A stretch of 63,920 nucleotides of DNA, the filler included, from Reclinomonas americana ATCC 50394 (taxonomy: Eukaryota): assembly GCA_048213135.1 (NCBI GenBank). It is 28 parts of 28 records of this genome, joined end to end, with 100 filler letters (N's around TTAATTAATTAA, not from the genome) between each part and the next. Parts side by side here need not be neighbours in the genome. Positions count along the whole stretch, not along the records: positions 20,967 to 23,994 come from AFZH01024725.1; positions 24,095 to 27,120 come from AFZH01024726.1; positions 27,221 to 30,241 come from AFZH01024727.1; positions 30,342 to 33,359 come from AFZH01024728.1; 24 more parts are not named here. One strand, written 5' to 3'. The stretch's first letter is position 1. Every line of letters starts with the position of its first letter. Below the pieces are notes generated by a model, which was not told where the DNA came from, did not search any database, and saw only the letters and a program-made list of their open reading frames with translations. Of this stretch, positions 21,350-33,459 are shown piece after piece. A program made the translations under genes and the position numbers.

Positions 21350-23416
21350 GTTGGTGAGTCGAAGGGAAAGAGGGTTGACTGCTGGTGACTGTGAGTTGCT
21401 TTTCGTTTCTTGGGGAAGAGAGGACGACAGAGGAGGAGAGAGATTGCGGTTGATGATGCTGAATTTCTCACCGTGCTTGTTCCCCTTTCATGTGCACGTG
21501 AATGTGATTGTGCGGGCGTGGATCATGTCTCTCTCTGTCTTTCTCACCTTCATTTGTGTGTGCAAGCGGGAGACGGTGGAGAAAGAGAGGAGACTCTGCA
21601 AGGAACAGAAAGGGAGGAACGAAGAGATGCATTCTTTAGAGCCGGAAGGCGAATGAGATGGATTGCTTGGAAATCTGTTGTGCCTTTCTTGTCTCGGTGT
21701 GATGTCTGTTGTGCGTGCATCTTTAGTCGTGCATGTATGTGCCCCAAGAGAGCGAGTCACCGACGATTGTCTCCTCGCGTCTTGCTTTGCACACTTCCTT
21801 GGCGCCACTTTTCTTTCTCCCATTGTGCATGTGCGCCGCGGGCATACTCCTTCCGTCTCTGAAGAATGCATGTCATCCCGCTCTCTCCCTCTCTCTCTCT
21901 CTTCACCATCTTCCTCCTTTGCGCGCTCTTCTGCTTCCCCAGTCATGCGCTCCATCCTTTCTGCACTCGTTTGAAGCCGATTATGCTTACCTGCTCATGA
22001 TGTACCGATTGCCATCCTGTCATCGTGTTGGGCAGTCCATCATGATGAGCATCCCGATACCGATGTGTGTGAGGTGGCGTGACTGCCGACTGAGTCTGCT
22101 CTCTCTCTTCTCTTGTAGGATGGTTGTGTGTGCAGAAGCTTCCGTCGTCTTGCCTCTTTAGCAAATGCGTGTTGGTTTCAGGTGCTGATCGGTGTGTTCG
22201 TCACGTTAGTAGATTTCTCTCCTCTTCCTCCATTCCTTTTGCTCACTGTGCTTCGACATGCAGACACCATGGAAACACATATTGCTCGTTGGTTGTGACG
22301 ATGATAGGCGTGCTATGCATTGCCCATTGCCGGCTGTCACCTCACTCGCTCGATTCTTCACTCGCATCCCACCATGCACGAAGCAGGTGTGTGGCCTTTT
22401 TCGTCGTGATCTCTCTTTCCTCTTTCCTTCCCACTCACCTGATTCATGCAGGCCGTGCATGCCATGAAGAGCGCGGTTGAGTGGGTGTACGCATGCGTGC
22501 CGTGGTGTGCCATGGCGGCCTGGTCGGCGGATCGTTTTTCAATCCCGGGCTGGCAAGTCGGAGCGGATCGATGATGTGCGCGCGCACCTTGGTTGCTGCT
22601 GTCACTGTCGAGTGACGATGGTGGTGGCCAAGTGAGACTGCAGACACGTGCCCGGCAAGCAGCACATGGTGTGTGCGTGTTCTACACCAGTGTTGAGGAA
22701 CAAGTTGGTAAGTCTTGGAGTTGACTGACTCGGTTCGGTGTGTGATCTGAACACAGGCGTGCTGGCAAGAGACTGGCATGCGAAGACACGTGGTTCCGTG
22801 CCTCACAGACCTGCGTGACACGATTCAACCGACCGACTGTGAGTGTGATTGAAGGCACGAGGCATTGACAGTGACCTGGGTGAGAGGAGGCGAGTCTCAC
22901 GACACCGCTGCCTCTTCCATGTGGTCGCTCCTTTCCTGTTCCTTGCGGCTCTCTCTCCTCCCTGTGTCATCATCGTGCCCCTCATCAAGCTCTCTGTGGG
23001 CCGATCCAAGGAGGCTTGAGGTTTCGAAGACTCGGTGCTCCATGGATTCTCGGGTGTGCCATGGCATCAGCACACCAGGGGCACAGCTGCACATGCAAGC
23101 AGCCCGACAGTCCAGTCCTCGTTGAGAGAGAATGCAGGTCAGTCGAAAAGAAGTGTCGCTGGACAGCAGCACGGTGTTGAGCGTGTCACTTTTGCATGTC
23201 CATTCTGCCGATATCGCATCAACGTGTCCCATGTCGGTCTTCAAAAGCCCACTCGCATCATCGGAACCGCATCGCTCACACACTACCGCATGCTGTGTGG
23301 GGTGCTGGTTGCAGCCTGGCGAGGGACGAGGGACGTCTCAGAGCAAGGCGGGAAACGGTGACAATCCAGAGCGAGCAAATCACACACGCACTCACTCACT
23401 CACACGCACACGGAGA

Positions 23417-23994
23417 ATGACAACAAAGGTGTGAATTCGTGCGCACTTTTGCGTGGTTGGTGTCTGTGCGTGCATTCGTGTGCTCGTGCGTGTGCGGTTG
23501 TTGTTTGTGTGTTTGTGCATGTGCGTCTCACCACGAGTGATCGACGCAGATCATTCAGAGTCTCGCAGTAGTGCGGTCCGTCACCATCACTCCAGATGGC
23601 AAGCACATTGTTGGTGGGTGTGAGGACGGCACCGTTCGAGTGTGGTCTCTGGCGAGTGGGGAAGAAGTGCGACGACTGGAGAGAGACACTGGTCCGGTGT
23701 GGTCTGTCGCCGTCACCCCCGATGGCCAGCAGATATTGAGTGGGTGTGGAGACTGTACCGTGCGTGTGTGGTCGCTGGAGAGTGGCGAGGAGGTGCGACG
23801 GTTAGAGGGACACGATGATAAGGTGTGGTCTGTCGCCGTCGCCTTCGATGGCCAGCACATTGTCAGCGGCAGCTACGATAACACAGTGAGAGTGTGGTGT
23901 CTGGCGAGTGGGGAGGAGGTGCGACGGCTGGAAGGACACGCCGATAAGGTGTGGTCAGTCGCTGTCACCCCTGATAGTGAGCACATTGTGAGCG
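23417..23994 (+). CDS. WD40-repeat gene, 5' part; predicted 4-codon first exon (MTTK), intron 23429-23549
   Basis: ATGACAACAAAG|GTGTGA...CGCAG|ATCATT joins in frame to tandem 42-aa repeats V.SVAVTPDGQ.IVSG..D.TVRVWSLASGEEVRRLEGH. The repeats are clear; the first exon is inferred. Confidence 0.75.
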
Positions 23995-24094
23995 NNNNNN
24001 NNNNNNNNNNNNNNNNNNNNNNNNNNNNNNNNNNNNNNTTAATTAATTAANNNNNNNNNNNNNNNNNNNNNNNNNNNNNNNNNNNNNNNNNNNN

Positions 24095-25374
24095 GCTTGA
24101 CACTCGGTTGTCTGCTTGACAGGCGTTCGTCGATATGCCGACGGTGGCCAGTACGAGGGCCAGTGGCTGAGTTGCGTGTGGATGCCTTGCCTCTTGGAGT
24201 TTTGCGCATGCTCAGCTTGAACTTTCTCCACAGACGATCAGAAGCATGGCGAGGGTGTGCGCACGTATGCTAATGGGGTTCGTTACTCGCTCCACTTGGC
24301 GCTGGCTGTGTGTCTCTCCTTTCATTTCCCTCCTGCTGTGCCTCATCTCCGCCCCCGTCGAGTGTGTGCCTCTCTCTTGTGCCTCAATTTTTGTCTGTCT
24401 CTCATGTGACTCTCATGTGTTCGTGCGGTGCTGTTTCGCTTTCTCTGTATGTCTCACTCTGTCTCTCTCTCTCTCTGTTGTATGTGTGTGTGTCTGTCGC
24501 CACATGCCCCTCTCCTCTCTCCTGTTAATTGTCTCTCTCCATGCGTATAGAACCTCTTGCTTCACAATCTCTATGTGTTGCTCTCTCTCCCTCCTTTGTT
24601 TTTTGCCTGACCCTACCCCTCTCCCCTCTCATTCTCTCTGTGTATGTGTGTGCAGGCGCGCTACGAAGGCGTATTCGTCCTCGACAAGAAATGCGGCCAG
24701 GGTTGCTACCGATGGCCCTCCGGCACCATGTACACCGGCAACTGGCTGTTGCGTGCGACTCGCCCGTCTCTTTCTCTTTCGCCTCCTCAGCAATCTCACT
24801 TCTCTTTTAGCGACGACAAACGAAGCGGATACGGCGTGCTGGAGCGCGCCGATGGGTCGGCATACGAAGGTTGCGTAGCGACGGCGTCTGCACTCCCTCT
24901 GTGTGCACTTTGATGTTGAAAAGTCTTTCCGAATGCAGGTCAGTGGGAAGCCGGAGTGCGTCACGGCCAGGGCTACGAGGTGGACGCCGGCTCGTCCATC
25001 AAACGAGCGGTGCGGTACCACTACGGCGAGCTGGTTGAGGAGGATGGCCGGCCAGTGCCCCCGCAGCAGGGCGGGTATCATCATCAGAACGAGGAAATGA
25101 TGCACGGAGGTGACCAAGTGTGCCATTCCTTCCCCTTCTTTCTTCCCTCCCCTCATGCTGCAATCCCGCAGACTACGGTGCCGGGATCTACGGCCCCGAG
25201 ACTGCCACCTCCCCGCGCCACCACGGTTTCGAGCAGCACCCACAGTCGCACCCAGAATCCGCCTCCACACGACCCGACGGCATGCCCTCCGAACCCGGAT
25301 CTCCGCTCCGCGCACGCCCCACTCACCCGCAAGTGCGACCCGTTGGCGGTGGCGGTGACAGCGAAGATAGTTGA
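24095..25374 (+). CDS. MORN-repeat protein, 3' part, multi-exon
   Basis: YADGGQYEGQWL|NDQKHGEG; YEGVFVLDKKCGQG; PSGTMYTGNWL|DDKRSGYG; DGSAYEG|QWEAGVRHGQG. Confidence 0.88.
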
Positions 25375-25660
25375 AGAGAGTGGGGCGATGTACAGACAGA
25401 ACTTTATGCTTCAACAGTGAAACGCGTGTCGCGAATGGCCAGGCTCGTTTGTCGCATGTCGTGTTGCCGGGAATGAACTGAGAAATGTTGTCAGGTGGCT
25501 CACTCTCTTCTTTGGAACACGTGTGTGAGCGAGGGCAAACACTCTCTTAAACTCACAGTTGAATCGTGCGCGCACGCGTGCTCCTCCATGTCCTCTGTGA
25601 AGTGTTCCATTTCTCACACACGCTCTCTCTCTCTCCAATCCGCAGACCCCTGACAACAGC

Positions 25661-27120
25661 ATGTCCGCCTCTGCATCTGCCGCTGATAACGGCAGCAGCA
25701 GCAGCAGCAGCAGCACGCCCGCAGTCACTGAGGGTGAGTGAGTGAGTGAGTTGAGATAGTGGCGGACAAGCCTCATGCATTTTCCGATAATCAATCTCAC
25801 GCAACAACAAACACAGCTGCTGCCGCTGCTCCTCTTCCCCCAGTGTCAAAAGACAATGTGACTCGCATGCAACTGTTCTTGACTGAACGCGCCTCTGCGC
25901 TTCTCTTTGATTCGTTTGTGGAGAGGGCACGCGCTTTTGTGCCCGTGTTGGAGGAGTCGATTGCTGACACGCAAACAAGCTGGAAAGTGGATGACGAGTT
26001 GCGTTGGATGTCTTGTCGCCCTCTGGTGTGACGCATGCGGAAGACTCACTGTTGACCGTCTCAGGCTTCTCAAGTTTGGTTCTGTTGGCCGTGTTGCGTT
26101 CTATGCGTGGCGAAAAGTCGTCAAGTCGGAAGGCGACCACACTGGTGCTCTCACCATGGACGAGTGGGCGGAGGTGGTGGAGAGAGCGGAGCTCGCGGTG
26201 CATGTGCAAGGTCAACAGCGTCAACAGCGAGAGCAGCCGCAGCAGCAGCAGTCACAGCAGCGGAAGAAGCTTGGCATTGTCCAGCTGACAGACAAGGTGC
26301 ACTTGCAGTGCGAGTACTTGAAGAAGCTGGCGGAAACGTCGCCCGCTGGTGATGCACGCCGGCGGCGCATGGACCTCAAGCATCTTTGTAACGTGCTTTG
26401 TGGCATGGCTGTGTGCGAGGGAGGACCGCATCAGCGCAAAGGAAAAGTGAATTTGGCCGAGTGTCGCTTTCGCGCTTTGCTTCGGAATCCTGCGTTGCTG
26501 GACGTGAAGGTTTGTCGCTCTCACAGCCACTCATCGCCCCTTTGTTACATAATGTATTCTAACCCCGCATGGACGTGCAGAAATGCGACATTCTAATGCA
26601 TCCAGGAGCAATCAGTACAGCTGCTGCCAGCGCCGCCGACTCGAGCGACCAGCGACAGCGGCTGGAGCAACTCAAGCTTATCATACAACATCAACAGGCC
26701 TGCAAGCAACTGGTGGATGCGCAGAATGCCATCGTTAGTCACGAGGATCGGGTGACGCGGCATCTGAGTGTCGAGCTGCTTGTTGAGTCGCTCTCAGAGC
26801 TCGGTGTCCAGACTGACGCCGCTCAGCGCGCATGGCGGGAGATCGAGCACGGTGAGTGCTGATGTTCGCCTGCTTCGATGAGCCCCATCACCCGTCGCTT
26901 AGGTTGTCGTCGTGACAGTTGATGTCGCACAACTCTGCGCGTCACCGGCTTTCCTCAAGCACGAATCAAGAGTCATCTGCCGTGCTCTCTGCACCGCGTG
27001 CGACGTCGCGGATCACCATCGACGCTGTGAAGGGTTGCTGGGACAGGTTGCCGCCGTGCGCGACCTGTCGATGCAGGAAGAAGAGGACGACCAGCCGCCC
27101 GCTGTCAGCATACTATGCTC
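25661..27120 (+). CDS. Hypothetical multi-exon eukaryotic protein, 3'-partial
   Basis: ATG at 25661, GTGAGT donors, coding-like segments in successive frames; no family recognised. Confidence 0.55.
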
Positions 27121-27338
27121 NNNNNNNNNNNNNNNNNNNNNNNNNNNNNNNNNNNNNNNNNNNNTTAATTAATTAANNNNNNNNNNNNNNNNNNNNNNNN
27201 NNNNNNNNNNNNNNNNNNNNAGAGAGTGGGAGTGAGAGTGAAAGGTGAGTGAGTCTGCAGCTGTGTTTTTCTGTGTCTGTATGTGTTGTGGTTCATCTTC
27301 TGCGTAAACAAGCAACTCACTCGCATCTCTTTGTGCAG

Positions 27339-30241
27339 CAACTCGGAGCGAGTGACTCGGTATGTTAGCTTGCCTTCGTCATTCTCCTCTCTCTCTCTCT
27401 CCTCTCCTCTCCCTCCCTCCCTCCTTCCTCTTTCTTCACTCCCCCTTCTCCTTTTCATCCTCGTTTCCCCTCCTGCAGAATGATCAACTCGCAGCGCATC
27501 AACATGGCCTTCGAGGCGGTGGAGGAGGCCGTGCGTCTGCGCTGTCAGCGCACACTGGCGCAATTCAGTCGCGATCACCCCGACTTTGATGTGCGCGCGT
27601 GGGTGCCGACATTCACCCCCGCTGGCATGGATACAGCGGCTGTGAAGGTGTGGCGAGAGCGGCATGCTCCGCTCCAAACGGGTCGAGTCGCCCTGTTCAA
27701 GGAGAAGCGGGCTGTGGCACTGGCCTGGCGCGCTGCCTTTGAAGCCGATCCCTCGTCCGACCCCACATGTGACGGTTTCGACACGACGGCACTCACCTCC
27801 ATCATGTTGTACGGTGGCCTTGTGCAAGATGATGGTGGCAAGCTGCTGCTGATTGACGACACTGATGAACGCATGGCGGTGGAGGAGCTGAACGAAGTGA
27901 GAAAGGGATTGGCGCACAAGGACTTGGTGCTTACGGATGCCAGTGTGCAGGAGTACCTTGGTGACGGCGGTGTCTTCCTGTCCATCCTCCTGCTGCTGCA
28001 GGTGACGGCCGACGAGCATGCTCGATTATCAACTCGCATCTACGATGCTCGTCACGTTCAGCTCACCGTCAGCACATTCGAGGAGCGTCTGCATCGACTG
28101 GCTGTGCGTGAAATAGCTTACTATCACGAAGACGAGAGTGTGCGCAAGGACATGCAGATGTATGTGCCACTGCTGTGTTCACGTGATCATGACGGGTCGC
28201 CGAGTGAGACGATGCCGGATCTCTTGTCGGAGGTGGATGTTTTCCTCTCCGACACCAACATCACGCAGCGTGTGCTGGTGCTCTTTGGTAACAGTGGCGC
28301 CGGCAAGACCACCACCATGTCCGTGCTGGCCGAGCGAGCATGGCGACAGTGGCAGACGAGGGAGAGTCGGCGAGTGCCTGTTCGTGTGCCTCTTGGTGCA
28401 CTGCGCAATGCCGATGAGCGACTGTTGGAGGAGGCACTGGAGCGACTGTCACCCGAGTTGGGATTCAGCGAGTCGGATGTGCGACGGTTGAAGGAGGAAC
28501 CTCTGCTACTGCTGCTTGATGGATACGACGAGTTGTACCGTGGTGTGAATCTGTTTTTCAAGAACCAGCTGGATGTGTGTCGGAAAGTGAAGGTGATTAT
28601 CACATGTCGTGAGGATTACGCGTTGACGGCGCTGGGTGGTGTGACGCAGTATCGACGGTATTTTGCGCCGGTGGATGCACGCGGCCAGTTGCGCATGCAG
28701 CAGCTGACGGAGCGGCACATTGCACCATTTGACAAGGAGCAAACTGCGCAGTATTTTGAGCGACTCGTGCAACGAGATGGTGATGATGATGATGATGATG
28801 CCGATGATGAAGTGCGATGGTCGACTGCCGAAGAGTACATGCGTGCATTGAAAAATGTGCGTGGACTGGATGCACTGGTGTCGAATCCGTTCATGCTGTC
28901 GGTGGTGGCTCGCGTGCTACCGCAGTTGGTGGCGAGCGGAGTGCACCGACCGACTCGGTGTGATGTGTTTGACAAGTTTATTCGGCAGTGGATTGCGAGG
29001 GAGCAAGAGAGGCAGACGTGCCTCGGTGCGGAGCGTGTGCCTAATGAGGACACCTGTCTCGCATTCTGTGAGGGGCTGGCACGGTTGATGCACGAGACAA
29101 AGGTGGTTCGCGTATCCGTGACGGAGAATCGATCAGGCGATGAGGAGGATGACTTTGGTGGTGCACCACTTGCCATGCGTCGACGAGTGGAAGAGGGACC
29201 ATTTGACAAGTTCCTCGGTCACAAGAACCAGCATGTGCGAGTGTGCTGTCCGATTGTGCGACGGTATGCGACGACGCAGTGGGGATTCGTGCACCTGTCG
29301 TTGCTGGAGCACTGTGTGGCACGGCATGTATTTGCGTGGGAGACTTGGGATGAGGAGAGGAAGATGACGATGCAAGATGTGCAGCAGCATGTGTTGGCGG
29401 TGCGATTGCTGAATGACCGACCATCCTTGGTGGAGCAGATGGCCGAGGTGGTGCGACGGTCCCCTCGACTGCAAGCGAGATTGTGGGAGGTGATTGAGTT
29501 GTCACGGGAGGTGGACAGTCGGCGAGTTGTGACGGCAGCCGCGAATGCAGCGACGGTGCTGTGCGCAGCGCAAGTGTCGTTCAGTGGGCGCGACTTGTCG
29601 GGAGTGCGAGTGAGGGGTGCGGATTTGAGAGATGCGGTGATGCACAGGACGGTATGGAGAAAGGCAGACCTACGTGAGGTGAATTTGTGCATGGCGTTTG
29701 CAAAGGAGGCGGATTTCAGAGGGGCGGATGTGACGGGAGTGAAGTGGCCGAGGAAGCCGTTGGTGGGGCACAGTGATTCGATCAACTCTGTCGTCGTCTC
29801 GCCAGATGCGCAGCACGTGGTGAGCGCAAGTGAGGATAAGACGGTGCGAGTGTGGTCGCTGGCCAGCGGGCAGGTTGTGCACTTACTGGGAGGACATGCT
29901 GGCGGGGTGCGCGCTGTGACCATTACTTTCGATGGCCAACACATTGTGAGTGGCAGCGAGGACAGCACTGTTCGAGTTTGGTCCGTGGAGAGTGGAAAGG
30001 AGGTGCAACGATTGGAGGGACACACTGCTACTGTGTGCTCTGTTGCCGTCACTCCTGCTGATCAGTTCATTGTCAGTGGAGGTGGCGATAAGACAATACG
30101 ATTGTGGTCATTGGCGACTGGCATGGAGGAGCGACGGCTGGAGGGACACACCGGGTGGGTGTGGTCTGTCGCCGTTACCCCCGATGGTCAGCACGTTGTG
30201 AGTGGAAGTGGTGACAAGACTGTGCGGGTGTGGGCGTTGGC
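27339..30241 (+). CDS. NLR-like NACHT + pentapeptide-repeat + WD40 protein, partial at both ends
   Basis: Intron 27360-27478, then one exon of at least 2.76 kb: MYVPL; Walker A GNSGAGKT; Walker B LLLLDGYDE; KVIITCREDY; IAPFD; NPFML; FVHLSLLEH; AANAATVL; FSGRDLSGVRVRGADLRDA pentapeptides; four WD40 repeats. Confidence 0.92.
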
Positions 30242-30341
30242 NNNNNNNNNNNNNNNNNNNNNNNNNNNNNNNNNNNNNNNNNNNNTTAATTAATTAANNN
30301 NNNNNNNNNNNNNNNNNNNNNNNNNNNNNNNNNNNNNNNNN

Positions 30342-30969
30342 TTGGGCGACAGCGGGTCATTCGGGTACAGGTCGGCGGCACTTGGCGGCACCGAAATCGG
30401 TGTCGGCAGCTCGGCCCGCGGCGGAGTCACTGCCGTGGGCTCGTGCCAGTACGGCTGTGCAGGTGCATATTGCTGCTGCTGCTGCGATTGCTGCTGTGCC
30501 GACTGGTGGTGGTGATCCAGCAAACCGCCGCTGCCACCGCGAAGCTGTGTAACATGTAAGTCGAGTGAAGAGCACAGACGTGAGGGCGATGTGTAACACA
30601 CCTGATGGAATCCTTCGTCACCCGAGTGCATGTCACTGGCCTCGCCGCCAGTGGAGGAGCTGTTACTCCCGGCAGCACTGCTGCTGTGGATGCTGCTGCT
30701 GCTGTTGACACGCTTGGCGGAAGACGGCGCTGCAATGTCGGCCAGGGTCATGAGTGGTGCCAGCATGGGCGCTGCCTCTTGTTGACTGTGTTCCGGCACG
30801 CCGCCAACCCACGGCTTGTTGCCCCACGGCGGCGACGGAGTGCGCGGCATGTGGCTCAGCGGCGCCTCTGGAATGTGGTGCTGAAGATTGCCGAGAGGGT
30901 GGTGATGGTGCTGGTGCTGGTGCTGCTGCAGCTGCTCATGGTGCTGTTGTTGTTGGTGATTGTGGTGAA

Positions 30970-31004
<35 letters not shown>

Positions 31005-32906
31005 ATCATATCTTGGGCACAGCAGCTGCCATCCGCCGCATGACGGTGGTGGTGATGGTGGTGATAGTGCTGCTGGTGGCCCGACGACTGATGCGAGTCG
31101 TGGGAAGAGGCCAGCTTCGAATCGGAGATCAGCGACGGAGGGTGCTGTCCGATACCACCGCCGCTACTGAGAAAACTCGACAAGCCCGAGTATTGCTGTT
31201 GTTGATGCTGCTGCTCGTGATGATGCTCCTGTGAAGCAGGTAAAATTTAGAGTCGTGCAACGACGACGCAGGCGACTGTCAACGACGTTCAACACACAAA
31301 CCATGGTGTCCGAGGTATCCATGGCCGACACAGTGGCACCATTGTTGTGTCTCTTAAGTGGCGGCTCGAACTCGCTTCCAGCCATTGCGCTGCCGCTGCC
31401 ATCGTCGCCCGAGGTGCTCTCCGACGAACTTTTGGAGCGCCTCTTGGCACCCGGCTTGGGTCCGCGCTTCTTGGCATTCTGCGAAATGTCGACGCACTCG
31501 ATGCTGCGCAGGGATTCGAGTCAGAGATCTACGACAAAGTATGGAAACTAGAAGCAGTCGGCGGCACACAAACCCCTTGCGCGTGCAGCGTGGGCACGGT
31601 CGAGTCTCCGAGCAACTGACGTGAGCCTGTCGGCATGGCAAGCAGGCGCACGTGACATTGCGACGTGCGCCGTTCTTAGCCGCCGACTTGCTGCCCTTGC
31701 CGCCAGCTCCCTGCTGGTCGTCGCCACCCATCTGCCCACCGAATGTGGCCACCTGCCCGTGCATGGTGGACAGCGCCGACGAGAAAGTCTCCAAGTCAGA
31801 CGGTGGGACCAGCTGGTGATGCTGGGATTGCTGATGGTGATGGTGATGCTGGTGCTGTGGCATCGCCGAGCGCATCATGCCCGGTCCCTGATGCGCGTGG
31901 TGATGGTGGTGTGACATGTCCATCTGCGACGGATCGAGGTACACCGGGTGCATCTGCATGTGGAACGGCTGACCTGCCTGGCCCACTGGACCATACAACC
32001 ACGGTTGCTGCTGTGGGGTGGATGGGAAACGAACAAGAGATGCGTGAGAGACCGTAAATAAAACAAGGACGAGAGAGATGCTGGCACGCAACATCCATCG
32101 TCACCGGCATGTGCATGTCGGGGCCGCGGAAGAAGACTGTCGGCCCACTGCCAGCTGCGGGGCCACTTTCGCCAGCAGAGTGCTGTCCGCACGAATGTGC
32201 CGGTGGCAGCGCCAGCTGCAGAGAGCCGTGGAGCGGCGGGGGTGGCGTGAGTCGAGACGGTCCTCCCTGCGGCGTCTGCAGCGACGGCAGCAGAAGCGGC
32301 GCGAACGAGAAAGTCGATGCCTGCAGCGACTGCGAATGCTGCGGAACGGACGGGGAAGACGAGGCCGATGAAGGCGCCGATGAGGACGACGACCCAGCCG
32401 CCATCCCCATCATCTCGCCAGGCGCGCTGTGCGGCATCATCGCCAGCGACTGCGGTGCTTCCATCCCGCCCGACGAGGATCCAAACGATCCCACAAACGG
32501 CGACATGAATAGCTGGCTCTGCGAGGGTCACGGAGTGAGCATCGTTCCCCTCATGGTTTCACGACTCACAGTGGACTGTCTGACATACCGATGCGCTATT
32601 TCCGCCGGCCATCGGCGGCAGCCCGTGTCGCATGTGCTGCTGCTGCATCATGTGTTGCTGCTGGTGCTGGTGGTGATGGTGGGAGTGGGAGTGATGCGAG
32701 TGGTGCTGGTCATCGCTTCCTCCGTGACCCATCTCGCCCATCTCCTTGCCCACCAGAGTGGCTGCGCTCAACAGCGACGTGGTCGACGCCGAGGCGGGCG
32801 CACCACTCATGTTCGATGAAAACGGAGGAAGCATGGGTACACCGTCGCGGCCGGGACCAGCCATGCGCTGCTGCTGCTGGAGCATGTGGTGACTGTGATC
32901 ACTCAT
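30342..32906 (-). CDS. Zn(II)2Cys6 binuclear-cluster transcription factor, Gln/His-rich, 3'-partial
   Basis: Spliced ACLPCRQAHVSCSETRPCPRCTRKG|IECVDISQNAKKRGPKPG = Cx2Cx6Cx5Cx2Cx6C plus KKRGPK; polyQ/polyH tracts; likely start MSDHSHH at 32906. Confidence 0.85.
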
Positions 32907-33459
32907 GGCGAATGTGGAGTGGTTGTTGTTGTTGTTGTTGTAATTGACCAGACTGCGCGCACGTGGAGGAGCACCGGCGATTGAGGAGACCGATATACAG
33001 GTAGGAAGACAGAAGAAGGAGGAGGAGAAGAAGAAGAATATTGTTCCTCGCTTTCTTTCTTCTCCGCGCCGAGAAAACAAACAGATGCACACAGAGACCG
33101 TGCAAGTGGAACAACTTTTCTTCTGTTGCAGTTCGCAAGACGACGTAGGATACGAGAAAGAAGTGCAGGTCGGCACGAAGCGGATGTTCTTCGGGTGAAT
33201 GCCATCCTCGCGCACCCTGGCAAGTGCACCAGTCGTGCACGACGACGCACATGAACACAAAAGAGAGAGAGAATGCAAGAAAAGGAAGCACAAAGATGAC
33301 AGAGGACAGAGGACAGAGTGACACAACTCACAATGTGGAGTGCGACAGGCAACGAGATCNNNNNNNNNNNNNNNNNNNNNNNNNNNNNNNNNNNNNNNNN
33401 NNNTTAATTAATTAANNNNNNNNNNNNNNNNNNNNNNNNNNNNNNNNNNNNNNNNNNNN

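Noticed and set aside
21350..23416. Many short ORFs between the two WD40 genes
   Set aside because: No recognisable domains, CT/GT microsatellite-rich; no RNA motif recognised.
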